From NCBI GenBank assembly GCA_964627525.1, contig CAZVIA010000001.1:72384-136383 (forward strand): DNA of 64,000 nt, read 5' to 3'. A model generated the notes under the pieces. That model saw only the letters and a list, made by a program, of their open reading frames with translations, did no database searches and was not told the origin of the DNA. The position numbers and the translations under genes were made by a program. Positions 36,053 to 45,799 of the stretch are shown one piece after another. This DNA comes from an uncultured Gammaproteobacteria bacterium. GTDB taxonomy: Bacteria; Patescibacteriota; Patescibacteriia; Magasanikbacterales; JBBTQS01. Every line of letters begins with the position of its first letter. The first letter of the stretch is position 1.

Positions 36053-37126
36053 ATGGAAGAATTTTTACAATTTTTAGATCAATATAATTATTTTGGAAAT
36101 TCAGGGCGTGAATATTTTTATGCTTTGATAGCTTTTGTAGCAACCATAGTAATTTTAAAACTATTTCAATTAATAATTTTAGTAAAAGTTCGTAAGTGGG
36201 CAGAAAGCACAAAAACAAAGTTTGATGATGTTTTGCTAGATGTTATTAGTTCTGTTAAAACTTATTTTTACTTTATTTCAGCGTTGTACTTATCGTTTTT
36301 GTTTTTGGTTGTGCCTGTTTGGCTAAATCGCGCGGTTGCAATATTGTTTTTAATTTCTGCGACATTAGAAGTTGTTCGAGCAATAGATGGAGTGATTGAT
36401 CATCTTTTAGAAAGATATCAAAAACAATTAGAAGAAAGTGGTGGAAAAAGAGCTACAAGCAAACCAATTATAAATGCTACAAGAGTTGCTTTGAAAATAA
36501 TTGTCTGGTTTTTGGCGGTTACAATAATTTTGTCTAACTTGGGTGTAAATGTCACTTCTTTAATTGCAAGCTTAGGTGTTGGTGGAATTGCAATTGCTCT
36601 GGCTTTAAAAAATATTTTAAGTGATATTTTTAGTTCGTTTACAATTTATATTGACAAACCTTTTGAAGTGGGGGATACAATTGTTGTTGGAACAGATAAA
36701 GGTAAGGTAGAAAAAATTGGCCTGAAATCAACTCGTTTGCGAACACCACTTGGAGAGCAATTAATTATTTCAAACCAAGAGTTGACAACTACTAGGGTTC
36801 AAAATTTTGAACAAATGAAAGAGCGTCGTGTGCTTTTGCAGTTACAAGTTGAATATGGTACACCACACACAAAATTGAAAAAAATTCCTGGGATGTTGAA
36901 AAATCTTGTGAAAGAAGAAGGTCTTGTAAGATTTGATCGTTGTAGTTTTGCTGATTTTATGGATTCTGGTTTAATGTTTGAGTTGTCTTATTATGTTCAA
37001 ACTACTGACTACAAAAAATATATGTCAGTGCGGCAAAAAATTAATATTGCGATTTATCGTGCGTTTGAACGTGAGGAAATTGTGTTTGCATTCCCAACGC
37101 AAACAGTTTTTGTGCGAAAAGATTAG
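36053..37126 (+). CDS. small-conductance mechanosensitive channel (MscS family)
   Basis: TM helices followed by the DKPFEVGDTIVVGTDKGKVEKIGLKSTRLRT beta-domain signature. Confidence 0.8.
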   Translation: MEEFLQFLDQYNYFGNSGREYFYALIAFVATIVILKLFQLIILVKVRKWAESTKTKFDDVLLDVISSVKTYFYFISALYLSFLFLVVPVWLNRAVAILFLISATLEVVRAIDGVIDHLLERYQKQLEESGGKRATSKPIINATRVALKIIVWFLAVTIILSNLGVNVTSLIASLGVGGIAIALALKNILSDIFSSFTIYIDKPFEVGDTIVVGTDKGKVEKIGLKSTRLRTPLGEQLIISNQELTTTRVQNFEQMKERRVLLQLQVEYGTPHTKLKKIPGMLKNLVKEEGLVRFDRCSFADFMDSGLMFELSYYVQTTDYKKYMSVRQKINIAIYRAFEREEIVFAFPTQTVFVRKD

Positions 37127-37217
37127 GGTTTTAAAAGTCTCGTCCTGTTGGCGCTCAACTTGACCAAAACCCATAGTTAGTGTAAGGTAAATCCTACACA
37201 CAAAAATAAAACAAAAT

Positions 37218-38447
37218 ATGGGGAAAACAAATAAAAAAACTCAATTTTTATATATAATTTTGACAGCATTTTTTGCTGTTTTTATTTTTTCTTTTTCAAT
37301 AAACCAAACAAACAGTTCAGAATTAGAGTATTTAGAGATTTTTAAATCTGCAAATACTCCACAAGAAAAAGACATTATTTTGAACAAATCTTTTGAAGAA
37401 CAAGATGGTTTAATTTTTAAGTTTAATGTAAAAGCAATTGGAACAAATTTTGTTTTTGATAAAGTGGGTGTGAAAATTAAATCCGCAGATACTAATACTT
37501 CAAATTCGTTTTTCAAACAATCTTGTGGAATAAATAGTTTTACTTTGGATTCAGATGAATGGAGTGGTAGCAGTAATGTTGCGGTGGGAAACAATGGATT
37601 TTATGTTTACTTTAATCCGGATGATACACAAGGTGCAGGTGGTGCAATAATTTTAAAAAACAGCACAATGAATTTTAATTTGAAAGCAAATAGTTTTTTT
37701 AATTCTTTAAAAAATAATCCAGCAGAAACTTCAAAATTAAATGGATGTAAATTTGTGGCAGAAATTAGTGCAAATGATTTTGGTCTTATATCTACTTCTA
37801 CAATTCATGATAATGGGGGAGAGGATGCAGCGTCTCATGCAGTTAGCAGTGTGATGACTACTGTAGAATTTAATGCGCCACATATTAATTGGGATAAAAA
37901 TTTTTCACAAGAACTAGAAAATGTTTTTCCATACCCCACAGTTGAAATAGCAAAATATAAAATTATAAATAAAAATCCACAAGCCACAAATTTAGCAATA
38001 GATAATATGGCTTTTATTTTTGATACAGATTTAAGTCCATATACAAATCGCACAATAGGGTTTTATTATGAAGATGGATCAGGTATGCAAACAGTTTTGC
38101 AAACTAAATTAAATATTAACAACGCAAGTTATAGTAATAAGTATAAGAAATATTACTGGAAAATTTACCCAAAAGAAAAAGATTTTAAAGATATAAAAAT
38201 TAATGGACAAGGGTTTTTATCAATAGTGATTAATGCAAAAGATGCAAAAGACGGGAATAAGTTTTGTACAAAAATTAAAGATGCAAAACATATTAAGTGG
38301 CATGATGGTTGGAGTTATTTTGCATTTCCAAATAATAAAATAGTACCGCAAGAAAATGTTGATTTAGATGAAAAATGTTTAACATTTCAAAAACCCAAAA
38401 TAGAAAGTCAAGTAAATAATAGATATGTACGCAGACGTAGAAAATAA
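37218..38447 (+). CDS. secreted hypothetical protein
   Basis: N-terminal signal/TM. No known motif. Confidence 0.5.
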   Translation: MGKTNKKTQFLYIILTAFFAVFIFSFSINQTNSSELEYLEIFKSANTPQEKDIILNKSFEEQDGLIFKFNVKAIGTNFVFDKVGVKIKSADTNTSNSFFKQSCGINSFTLDSDEWSGSSNVAVGNNGFYVYFNPDDTQGAGGAIILKNSTMNFNLKANSFFNSLKNNPAETSKLNGCKFVAEISANDFGLISTSTIHDNGGEDAASHAVSSVMTTVEFNAPHINWDKNFSQELENVFPYPTVEIAKYKIINKNPQATNLAIDNMAFIFDTDLSPYTNRTIGFYYEDGSGMQTVLQTKLNINNASYSNKYKKYYWKIYPKEKDFKDIKINGQGFLSIVINAKDAKDGNKFCTKIKDAKHIKWHDGWSYFAFPNNKIVPQENVDLDEKCLTFQKPKIESQVNNRYVRRRRK

Positions 38448-39579
38448 ATCATGTTCTCCACATGAGTTTTCAACAATTGAGGAAGCTATTCTTTATTATG
38501 AAACTCTAGTTGAACATTTGGGTGCGGATTTTGCTTTGGTAGATAAAAATAAAAATATATTGTGTGTTACTAAAAAAGCACTGTCCAATCATATAGAAAA
38601 AAAAGACGCGATTGGTAAGAATTTTTTTGAAGTTTTTTCACACTTAAGAGACATTGGTTTTGATGAAACAATGGATCGTGTAATGGAATCTAAAAAACCT
38701 TATATTGATTTGTATGCTAAGCATACGACTGTAACTGGTTTGTCTGGATATTTTCATAGAAAATTTTTACCAATAGAATTGCCAGATCTTGGGACGTGCA
38801 TAATTGCAATGATTGAAAATGTTAATGAGCACAGGTTGGCAGAATTGCATGCACATGAATCAGAGTTTCGTTATCAGCGGTTGATTGAAACAATGAGTTT
38901 GATTTCATTTAGATTAGATGCAACAGGTAGATTTACTTATGTTAATAATGCTTCCCTAGGAATTTTTGAATGGAGTCCTGCTGAAATAGTTGGGACTTCT
39001 TTAGTTCAGTATTTGCACCCAGATGATGTTGGAACTTTTTGGAGAGTTTTTTGGCACGTTGTAAATCATGATCAAAGATTTGGAACTGTTGAAAACAGAA
39101 TTGTAACACGCACAGGTATTGTAAAACATATAAGATGGAATATTCATCCGGTTTATGATAATGAAGGAAAAATTATTGGGTCACAAGGTGTTGGTGAAGA
39201 TATTACAAGTGCACGTGAGGTTATGCAGAATTTGCAAGAAGGTTATGGAAAGTACAAAGGTTTTTTTAATGCTTTGCCAGTGCCAGTTTGTATTGTAAGT
39301 AAAGATGATAAAATCATGAGCGCAAACAGAAGTATGTGCAAGATGATCGGTTATTCGCAAAAAGAAATGCGTAATAAAACAATTTTTGATATACTACCTA
39401 TAGATCATTTAGATGAATCAACAAAACTTTGGACACGCTTAAAAGAGCGTGGGGGAATACCTAGAAAAAGATTTGTTTTTATGCGTAAAGACAAAGCCAA
39501 GGTTGTTGTAATGCTAAATGGCGTGCGGTTTGGTGATTATTTAATGTTAATCAGTGAACGTATAGGGAGGACATCATGA
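38425..39579 (+). CDS. tandem PAS-domain protein without obvious output domain
   Basis: Two PAS-like blocks (FTYVNNASLGIFEWSPAEIVGTSLVQYLHPDDV and IMSANRSMCKMIGYSQKEMRNKTIFDILP). Confidence 0.55.
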   Translation: MYADVENKSCSPHEFSTIEEAILYYETLVEHLGADFALVDKNKNILCVTKKALSNHIEKKDAIGKNFFEVFSHLRDIGFDETMDRVMESKKPYIDLYAKHTTVTGLSGYFHRKFLPIELPDLGTCIIAMIENVNEHRLAELHAHESEFRYQRLIETMSLISFRLDATGRFTYVNNASLGIFEWSPAEIVGTSLVQYLHPDDVGTFWRVFWHVVNHDQRFGTVENRIVTRTGIVKHIRWNIHPVYDNEGKIIGSQGVGEDITSAREVMQNLQEGYGKYKGFFNALPVPVCIVSKDDKIMSANRSMCKMIGYSQKEMRNKTIFDILPIDHLDESTKLWTRLKERGGIPRKRFVFMRKDKAKVVVMLNGVRFGDYLMLISERIGRTS

Positions 39580-40727
39580 AAAAACGAACTTTAAGTCTTT
39601 TTGAGGCAGTAATGATAATCGTCGGTTCAGTAATAGGAGCTGGCGTTCTTGGTATTCCGTATGTAGTTGCGCAGGTTGGTTTTTGGGTGGGATTACTTTA
39701 TATTGCAGGTCTTGGTTTTGTAATGATTTTGTTGCATTTGTTTTTGGGTGAAATAGTTTTAAGAACAAAAAAATATTTACAAATAGGTGGTTTGTGTGAA
39801 AAATATCTTGGGAAAAAAGCAGGTGGCTTTATGAAGTTGTTAATGTTATTAATGCTCACAAGTGCATTAGTAGCATACATAGTTGGAATGGGAGAGGCAG
39901 CTCAAGCAATTTTTATAAATTATGGAATTGATATTCCAGCATATGCTTGGAGTATTATTGCATGGTTAATAGGATCAATTGTTGTTATAGCTGGTGTGCG
40001 AACTTTAGCACATATTGAATTTGTTTTGGCAAGTGTAATTTTTGTGATCATAATAATAATTGCAGCACTTGCAGCACCGCATATAGAAGTTGAAAAATTA
40101 ATGAGGTTTGATTTAGCGCAATTCTTTTTGCCTTATGGTGTTGTGTTATTTGCATTTCATGGAACAAATGCAATTGCAGAAGTTGAAGAGATAATGCCAA
40201 ATCAGCAAAAAAGAATGAAACAAGTAATTATTTTGGCTGGAGTTTTGCCAATAATTATTTATATATTATTTGCACTTGCGGTTGTTGGTGTGACTGGAAT
40301 TAACACAACTGAAATTGCAACAGTTGGTCTTGGAAAAGTTCTTGGCCCAGGAGCAATTGTTTTTGGAAATCTGTTTGCGTTGTTTGCAATGATGACAAGT
40401 TTTTTTGCTTTAGGTTTTGCATTGAGAAGAACTTATGAATGGGATTTTAATTTCAAAAAAATCATCGCATTACTACTAACACTTTGCGTGCCAATTTTGA
40501 TTTTTATTTTAGGGCTAAGAAATTTTATCGCAACAATTGGAATTGCAGGTGCGTTGTTTGGGAGCATTGAAGCGATTATGATAATTATGATGTTTTGGCG
40601 TGCGCGCAAAAAAGGTGACATGTCAGTTCGTGCTTATGCATTACATGGAGCGTCTTTTGTTGCAGTGTTGTTATTTTTAGTTTTTCTAGTTGGTGGTGTG
40701 TATGGATTGTTTGAAATTTTGTTTTAA
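39576..40727 (+). CDS. amino-acid permease (hydroxy/aromatic amino acid permease-like)
   Basis: About 11 TM helices. SLFEAVMIIVGSVIGAGVLGIPYVVAQ N-terminal motif. SD agggagg precedes the ATG. Confidence 0.6.
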   Translation: MKKRTLSLFEAVMIIVGSVIGAGVLGIPYVVAQVGFWVGLLYIAGLGFVMILLHLFLGEIVLRTKKYLQIGGLCEKYLGKKAGGFMKLLMLLMLTSALVAYIVGMGEAAQAIFINYGIDIPAYAWSIIAWLIGSIVVIAGVRTLAHIEFVLASVIFVIIIIIAALAAPHIEVEKLMRFDLAQFFLPYGVVLFAFHGTNAIAEVEEIMPNQQKRMKQVIILAGVLPIIIYILFALAVVGVTGINTTEIATVGLGKVLGPGAIVFGNLFALFAMMTSFFALGFALRRTYEWDFNFKKIIALLLTLCVPILIFILGLRNFIATIGIAGALFGSIEAIMIIMMFWRARKKGDMSVRAYALHGASFVAVLLFLVFLVGGVYGLFEILF

Positions 40728-40745
40728 GTTTAATTTTAAGTCCAA

Positions 40746-41552
40746 ATGATTTTACAAACAATTTTACTTGGAGCATTACAAGGAATAACAGAATTTTTAC
40801 CAGTGTCTAGTTCAGGACACTTGGTTTTTTTGCCATATTTAGCTGGTTGGGATTATCAGGGTTTGGCTTTTGATGTGTTAGTTCACACCGCAACACTAGT
40901 AGCAATTATTTTTGTTTTTAGAAAAATTATTTGGCAATTGATCAAAGGTTTTTTTGCGCCAAAAAAATTACCAAAAGAAAATCGTTTAGCTTGGTTTTTA
41001 ATTGTAGCAACAATACCAGCTGGTTTGGCAGGATATTTTTTAGCAGATCTGATTGAAGCACAATTACATACACCAAAAATAGTTGCAATTGGTTTATTGG
41101 TTGGTTCAGTGTTTTTGTGGGGAGCAGATTATTTATTGAAAAAAAATCGCAAACCAATTACTGATGTAAAAAAAATAAACATAAAACAAGCTTTATTAAT
41201 TGGGTTGGCACAAGTTATAGCTTTGATTCCAGGAATTTCAAGATCAGGTGTGACAATGAGTGCTGCTGTATCTTTGGGTGCAAGCAGAAAAACAGCAGCA
41301 GAGTTTTCGTTTTTACTAGGAGCCCCAGTATTTTTTGGAGCAAGTTTATTTCAAATATTAGACTTAATAGAGCAGGGGAAGTTAAGAGATTTTTTAAGTT
41401 TAGTAAATATTATAGGATTTTTTGTTGCTTTAATAATGGGAATTTTAGCAATTCGCGTTTTATTGAAGTTTTTACAGACAAAAACATTTAAAATTTTTAT
41501 AATTTACAGGATTTTGTTGGGGATTTTGATTCTTGGAATGTTGGTTGTGTAG
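40746..41552 (+). CDS. uppP: undecaprenyl-diphosphate phosphatase
   Basis: GITEFLPVSSSGHL BacA/UppP motif. Confidence 0.85.
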   Translation: MILQTILLGALQGITEFLPVSSSGHLVFLPYLAGWDYQGLAFDVLVHTATLVAIIFVFRKIIWQLIKGFFAPKKLPKENRLAWFLIVATIPAGLAGYFLADLIEAQLHTPKIVAIGLLVGSVFLWGADYLLKKNRKPITDVKKINIKQALLIGLAQVIALIPGISRSGVTMSAAVSLGASRKTAAEFSFLLGAPVFFGASLFQILDLIEQGKLRDFLSLVNIIGFFVALIMGILAIRVLLKFLQTKTFKIFIIYRILLGILILGMLVV

Positions 41553-41605
41553 ATAAAATATCCGTGCTAAAATTGTATTAACCTTATTTTAGGGAAAAAA
41601 CACCA

Positions 41606-42301
41606 ATGATAGTAGAATTTTTTTCAACAATTTTATATGAGCCACTGTTTAATTTGCTGGTGTGGCTTTATAATAATTATACTGCAGAAAGTTTTGGCTG
41701 GGCAGTTATTTTTATGACGGTTGGGTTGCGTATTGCAATGTTGCCGCTTTCAATTATTTCTGAAAGAAACAAGTTGAGATATGCATCATTGGAGCGAAGA
41801 ATTGGTTCAATTAAAAGAGATTATCATAAAGATCCAGTGGGTGAAAGAGTTAGAATTAGACAACTGACACGTGATCATGGTGTAAGCCCTTGGGCAAAAA
41901 CAATGTTGCTACTGATTCAAGGTTTGATTTTTGTTGTGCTGTATTGGGTGTTTATTCGTGGAGTTAATAATCAAAAAATTGCGCAAGTGTTGTATGAGTT
42001 TGTTGATCATCCAGGATTGATTAGTACAGATTTTTATGGTTTTGATATTGCAAAGCGAAGCATGATTTGGTCTGGCCTAGTTGGAATTTTAATGTATATT
42101 GTGATTTGGCTTGAGCAAAAAGGAATGCGAATGACAAAATCAGAAATGTATTTTAGGATATTTTTCCCATTAGGAATTTTCCTTTTCTTGTGGCTACTTC
42201 CAATGGTAAAATCTTTGTTCTTTATGACATCAATAATGTTTTCAGCTGTCCTCATTGTTGTAAGAAAAATTTTTATTAAAGCACCGAAAGCTTCGGGTTA
42301 A
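41606..42301 (+). CDS. yidC: membrane protein insertase, short YidC/Oxa1 type
   Basis: GWAVIFMTVGLRIAMLPLSI and HGVSPW..LLLIQGLIFVVLYWV match the YidC core. Confidence 0.7.
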   Translation: MIVEFFSTILYEPLFNLLVWLYNNYTAESFGWAVIFMTVGLRIAMLPLSIISERNKLRYASLERRIGSIKRDYHKDPVGERVRIRQLTRDHGVSPWAKTMLLLIQGLIFVVLYWVFIRGVNNQKIAQVLYEFVDHPGLISTDFYGFDIAKRSMIWSGLVGILMYIVIWLEQKGMRMTKSEMYFRIFFPLGIFLFLWLLPMVKSLFFMTSIMFSAVLIVVRKIFIKAPKASG

Positions 42302-42339
42302 ATACTAAACACCAAACATTAAACACTAAACAAAAAATT

Positions 42340-42912
42340 ATGTCTGCAGAATCTTTAGATAAATTAATGTATTCATTTGTAATTGAGGATGTGCTCAAGG
42401 GTGTTTTTATTCATGTGCCACCGGGTTATGTTGCTTGTGTTTATGATTTGGGTAGAGGTGTGTTGAAAAAAGTTTTAACTCCAGGTTTGCATTTGAAAAT
42501 TCCTTTTTGGCAAAAAGCAAAATTATTTAATACACAAACTTTGGAATATAGTATTACTACAGAATTTAATCCAGCAAATGAACATGCGCTTGGAGATGTG
42601 CCTTTGTCTGCTACTAGTAAAGATGATAAAAAAATGTTGATTCAAGGTTCTGTGTTAATGCGATTAGATATTCATCAGATTCCAGCTATTTGGCAAACAA
42701 TTGGTGAGGATTTTGTTATGAAAATTATTCGCCCAGCGATTCGTTCTCGTTTAAGATTAAGTGCTTCACATTGGAATGCGCAAGAAATTATTTCTGCAAA
42801 ACGTGATGAAGTTGAAGAAGAAATGCGTAAGTCTTTAGAAGAAGTGTTTAAACCAAGAGGAATTTATGTTGAGGATATTTTGTTAAGTGAGGTAAGTGGT
42901 TCGGGAAGATAG
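42340..42912 (+). CDS. SPFH/band-7 domain protein
   Basis: Band-7 core pattern (VFIHVPPGY..., QGSVLMRLDIHQIPAI..., AKRDEVEEEM). Confidence 0.6.
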   Translation: MSAESLDKLMYSFVIEDVLKGVFIHVPPGYVACVYDLGRGVLKKVLTPGLHLKIPFWQKAKLFNTQTLEYSITTEFNPANEHALGDVPLSATSKDDKKMLIQGSVLMRLDIHQIPAIWQTIGEDFVMKIIRPAIRSRLRLSASHWNAQEIISAKRDEVEEEMRKSLEEVFKPRGIYVEDILLSEVSGSGR

Positions 42913-42939
42913 TTTTATTTTTAAAGGGATTTAAAATAT

Positions 42940-43545
42940 ATGAAAATATTTTTTGCGCTACTACTATTATTTTTTCCATTGTTAACTAGTGCTGCCACAG
43001 AAACATCTGTTGTAGAAAATTCTGTAACAGACATTCCAGAGTTTATTATTTGTGAAGAAAATCAAGAGCAAGATGATGTTGATTGGTGTAAATGGGATTT
43101 GGCAATTGAACTTGGTGATATAAATGTTTGTGATTCAATAATTAACAAAACTTATTTATATTATTGTTATACAGATATAGCAGTAACTTTAAACCAAGGT
43201 AAGGTTTGTGGAAATATTCCTTTGGGCGAGTATCGTGATAATTGTAATAAAAAAGTTGCTGAAGCTACTAAAGATTCAGCTCCTTGTGAATATGTTCAAG
43301 ATGAAGCTGTAAAAAATCAATGCTTGGTTTTGTCAGGGGCTATTGAAGTTGATGTTGGGGAAGAGGAAACTTTTGATGAGGTAGTTGATCCAGAATTAAA
43401 TGAAAATGATTTAATTGATTTTGTTTCAGATGATGATTTTTGGGAAAATAATGTAATTCAGATTTTGGGAATCGTTGTTGGTACAATAATTTTTGTGATA
43501 ATTTTAGTAGTAATTTTAAGTAGAAGAAAAAAATATGACGTCTAA
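42940..43545 (+). CDS. secreted Cys-rich hypothetical protein with C-terminal TM anchor
   Basis: Signal peptide, about 10 Cys, acidic stretch, C-terminal hydrophobic helix followed by RRKK. Confidence 0.5.
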   Translation: MKIFFALLLLFFPLLTSAATETSVVENSVTDIPEFIICEENQEQDDVDWCKWDLAIELGDINVCDSIINKTYLYYCYTDIAVTLNQGKVCGNIPLGEYRDNCNKKVAEATKDSAPCEYVQDEAVKNQCLVLSGAIEVDVGEEETFDEVVDPELNENDLIDFVSDDDFWENNVIQILGIVVGTIIFVIILVVILSRRKKYDV

Positions 43546-43978
43546 AGGAAAAAAACGATTGGGAATATTTTTTATTTTGTTACCAATAGTATTGTTGTTG
43601 GTTGCTGTTATAGGTTATGCTATTGCAAGTTTTGTTGTGGCAACTGATCAGGTTCCTAGAAAAATAGAAAACATTGAAATTTCAACATCAACTGCAGGAC
43701 TACAAGAGGTGGGTCTGCGAGATACTGTCGGTAGTATAGTGCAAATAATTCTTGGGTTTTTAGGAATAATTGGGGTGTTGGGGTTGTTTGTGTTTATTCC
43801 TTTGGGAATTGTGTTAATGGTTACTGCTAAAGAAAAAGTTCCAGAAGGAGCTAAGGTTCCAGATTATGTTGGGGTTGGAGAAAAGTCTGGAGAAAAGTCC
43901 GCAGCAGAGTCCGTAGAAAAACCAGAAGAACAATCTAAAGAGTCAGAGCAAAAACCCACAGAAAAACCAAAAGAATAA
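43535..43978 (+). CDS. hypothetical membrane protein with Lys/Glu-rich C-terminal tail
   Basis: Two TM helices; low-complexity EKS/EKP tail. Confidence 0.45.
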   Translation: MTSKGKKRLGIFFILLPIVLLLVAVIGYAIASFVVATDQVPRKIENIEISTSTAGLQEVGLRDTVGSIVQIILGFLGIIGVLGLFVFIPLGIVLMVTAKEKVPEGAKVPDYVGVGEKSGEKSAAESVEKPEEQSKESEQKPTEKPKE

Positions 43979-44057
43979 AAATTTCTCACTAAATTAGATA
44001 AAATTCAAAATACTTGCATTGATTGATGCAAGTATTTTGTTAGGGTTATGTGAGTAT

Positions 44058-44086
44058 TGACACATTTCCCGCCTCTTGATACAATC
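44058..44086 (+). promoter_or_regulatory. sigma70 promoter TTGACA-N17-TACAAT of the hrcA-grpE-dnaK operon
   Basis: ttgaca at 44058, a 17-nt spacer catttcccgcctcttga, then tacaat. Confidence 0.7.
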
Positions 44087-44089
44087 TCA

Positions 44090-44116
44090 TTAGCACTCGC
44101 TTGACGAGAGTGCTAA
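44090..44116 (+). promoter_or_regulatory. CIRCE operator (HrcA binding site), perfect consensus
   Basis: TTAGCACTC-gcttgacga-GAGTGCTAA matches TTAGCACTC-N9-GAGTGCTAA exactly. It lies 3 nt after the -10. Confidence 0.9.
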
Positions 44117-44133
44117 TTGCATTTAAAATATAT

Positions 44134-44850
44134 ATGCAACCAAGAAAACAAAAATTACTTCAAGGAATTGTAGAGTTATACACAGAAAATGCCGAGCCAG
44201 TTGGATCGCAAAAACTACTAAATTTTTGTGATTTAAATATTAGTTCTGCAACTGTGCGAAATGAACTCAAGTCTTTGGAACAAAACAATTATGTTATCCA
44301 GCCACACACAAGTGCTGGCAGAGTTCCAACAGCAGAGGCGTATAGATATTATGTAAAATATTTTCTTAAGCCATCAGTTCCTCAAGAAGTTTTACAATTT
44401 ATTCAAAGCAATCAAGCATCTGAAAATCTTGATCAAGTCAAAAATTTAGCACAAGACATAAAACAGTTTGCAAAATTTTTAGCAGAAGAGTTGGGTCAAA
44501 TGGTTTTTATAGTTTTCTCAAAAGATCAATTGTACTACACAGGATTGTCTAATTTATTTGCAAAACCAGAATTTGCAGATCAAGGTACAGTGCAAAATGT
44601 AAGTCAGTTGCTAGATAGATTTGATGAAATTGCATATAACATGTTTGGTTTGGTTAAAGATAAAGATTTGCACATTCATATTGGCGAAGGAAATCCTTTT
44701 GGAAAAAATTGCGCAATAATGCACAGTCCATTTCGTATTGATGAAAATCAAAATAGTTTGATTGGGGTATTAGGGCCAACAAGAATGAATTACAATAAAG
44801 TAATTGGTGTGATGCGCGCTGCAAAACAATATCTAGATGCAATGAAATAA
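44134..44850 (+). CDS. hrcA: heat-inducible transcription repressor HrcA (short form, 238 aa)
   Basis: KLLQGIVELYTENAEPVGSQKL wHTH start. The listed TTG start at 44101 lies inside CIRCE, so ATG 44134 was chosen. Confidence 0.8.
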   Translation: MQPRKQKLLQGIVELYTENAEPVGSQKLLNFCDLNISSATVRNELKSLEQNNYVIQPHTSAGRVPTAEAYRYYVKYFLKPSVPQEVLQFIQSNQASENLDQVKNLAQDIKQFAKFLAEELGQMVFIVFSKDQLYYTGLSNLFAKPEFADQGTVQNVSQLLDRFDEIAYNMFGLVKDKDLHIHIGEGNPFGKNCAIMHSPFRIDENQNSLIGVLGPTRMNYNKVIGVMRAAKQYLDAMK

Positions 44851-44856
44851 TTTTTT

Positions 44857-45351
44857 ATGAAAAGAAAAAAGAAAATCAAATGTAATTGTGAAGAGTATTT
44901 AAATAATTGGAAGCGTGCTTTGGCTGATTATGAAAATTTGCAAAAAAACTTATCACAACAAAAGCAACAAATGCGAATTTCAACTATAGAAAATGTTGCT
45001 CAGATGGTTTTGCCAATATTAGATAATTTTACAATGGCATTTGATCATGCACCAAAAACTAAAACAAAAAAGATTAGTCAATGGATTGAGGGGATTGGTC
45101 ACATAAAACACCAGTATGAAAATATGTTAGATGAAATTGGTTTGCAAGAAATTGATTGTACAGGAATAGCAAATCCAGAATTGCATGAAGTAATAGATAC
45201 TGAAAAAAGCCTAAGCTCTGAAAAAAGCCCAAACCCAAATCCAAATCCAGACACACAAGAAGACGGAAAAATCATAAAAATAATTCAAAGAGGATATAAA
45301 TTTGGTGACACAGTTATAAGGTGTGCCAAAGTAATAACAATAAATAATTAA
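44857..45351 (+). CDS. grpE: nucleotide exchange factor GrpE
   Basis: KRALADYENLQK coiled-coil start and a C-terminal beta domain. Confidence 0.8.
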   Translation: MKRKKKIKCNCEEYLNNWKRALADYENLQKNLSQQKQQMRISTIENVAQMVLPILDNFTMAFDHAPKTKTKKISQWIEGIGHIKHQYENMLDEIGLQEIDCTGIANPELHEVIDTEKSLSSEKSPNPNPNPDTQEDGKIIKIIQRGYKFGDTVIRCAKVITINN

Positions 45352-45358
45352 TTAAAAT

Positions 45359-45790
45359 ATGGCAATAATTCCTTTCGATGAAATGGATCAAATGATGCGC
45401 GAGTTTTGGCCAATGCCGGCTTTGCGACATGGTGGAAGTTTTATTCCAGCTGTTGATGTTTATGAAACAAAAGACAGTGTGGTTGTTGAAACTCCTTTGG
45501 CAGGTATTGATCCAAAAGATGTAAAAGTTGAAATGGAGGGTAATATGCTTGTGATTTTTGGTGAATCAAAAAAAGAACGCGAAGTTGATGAGAAAAATTA
45601 TTATAGAAAAGAATGTCGTTCAGGTTCGTTTCATCGTGCTTTAAGAATGCCAACAAGTGTTGATGCAAACAAAATTAAAGCAGAATATGAAAATGGTGTT
45701 TTAAAAATTACAGCACCAAAGCAGAAAAAAGAAAAATCACATAAGATTGAAGTAAAAATTAATAAACACATTAATAAACAAAACAAATAA
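45359..45790 (+). CDS. Hsp20/alpha-crystallin small heat-shock protein
   Basis: PAVDVYETKDSVVVETPLAGIDPKDVKVE ... AEYENGVLKITAPK. Confidence 0.85.
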   Translation: MAIIPFDEMDQMMREFWPMPALRHGGSFIPAVDVYETKDSVVVETPLAGIDPKDVKVEMEGNMLVIFGESKKEREVDEKNYYRKECRSGSFHRALRMPTSVDANKIKAEYENGVLKITAPKQKKEKSHKIEVKINKHINKQNK

Positions 45791-45799
45791 TAAAAATTT

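Noticed and set aside
44101-44133. TTG start for hrcA given in the ORF track
   Set aside because: It starts inside the CIRCE operator. The ATG at 44134 (MQPRKQK...) is the plausible start.
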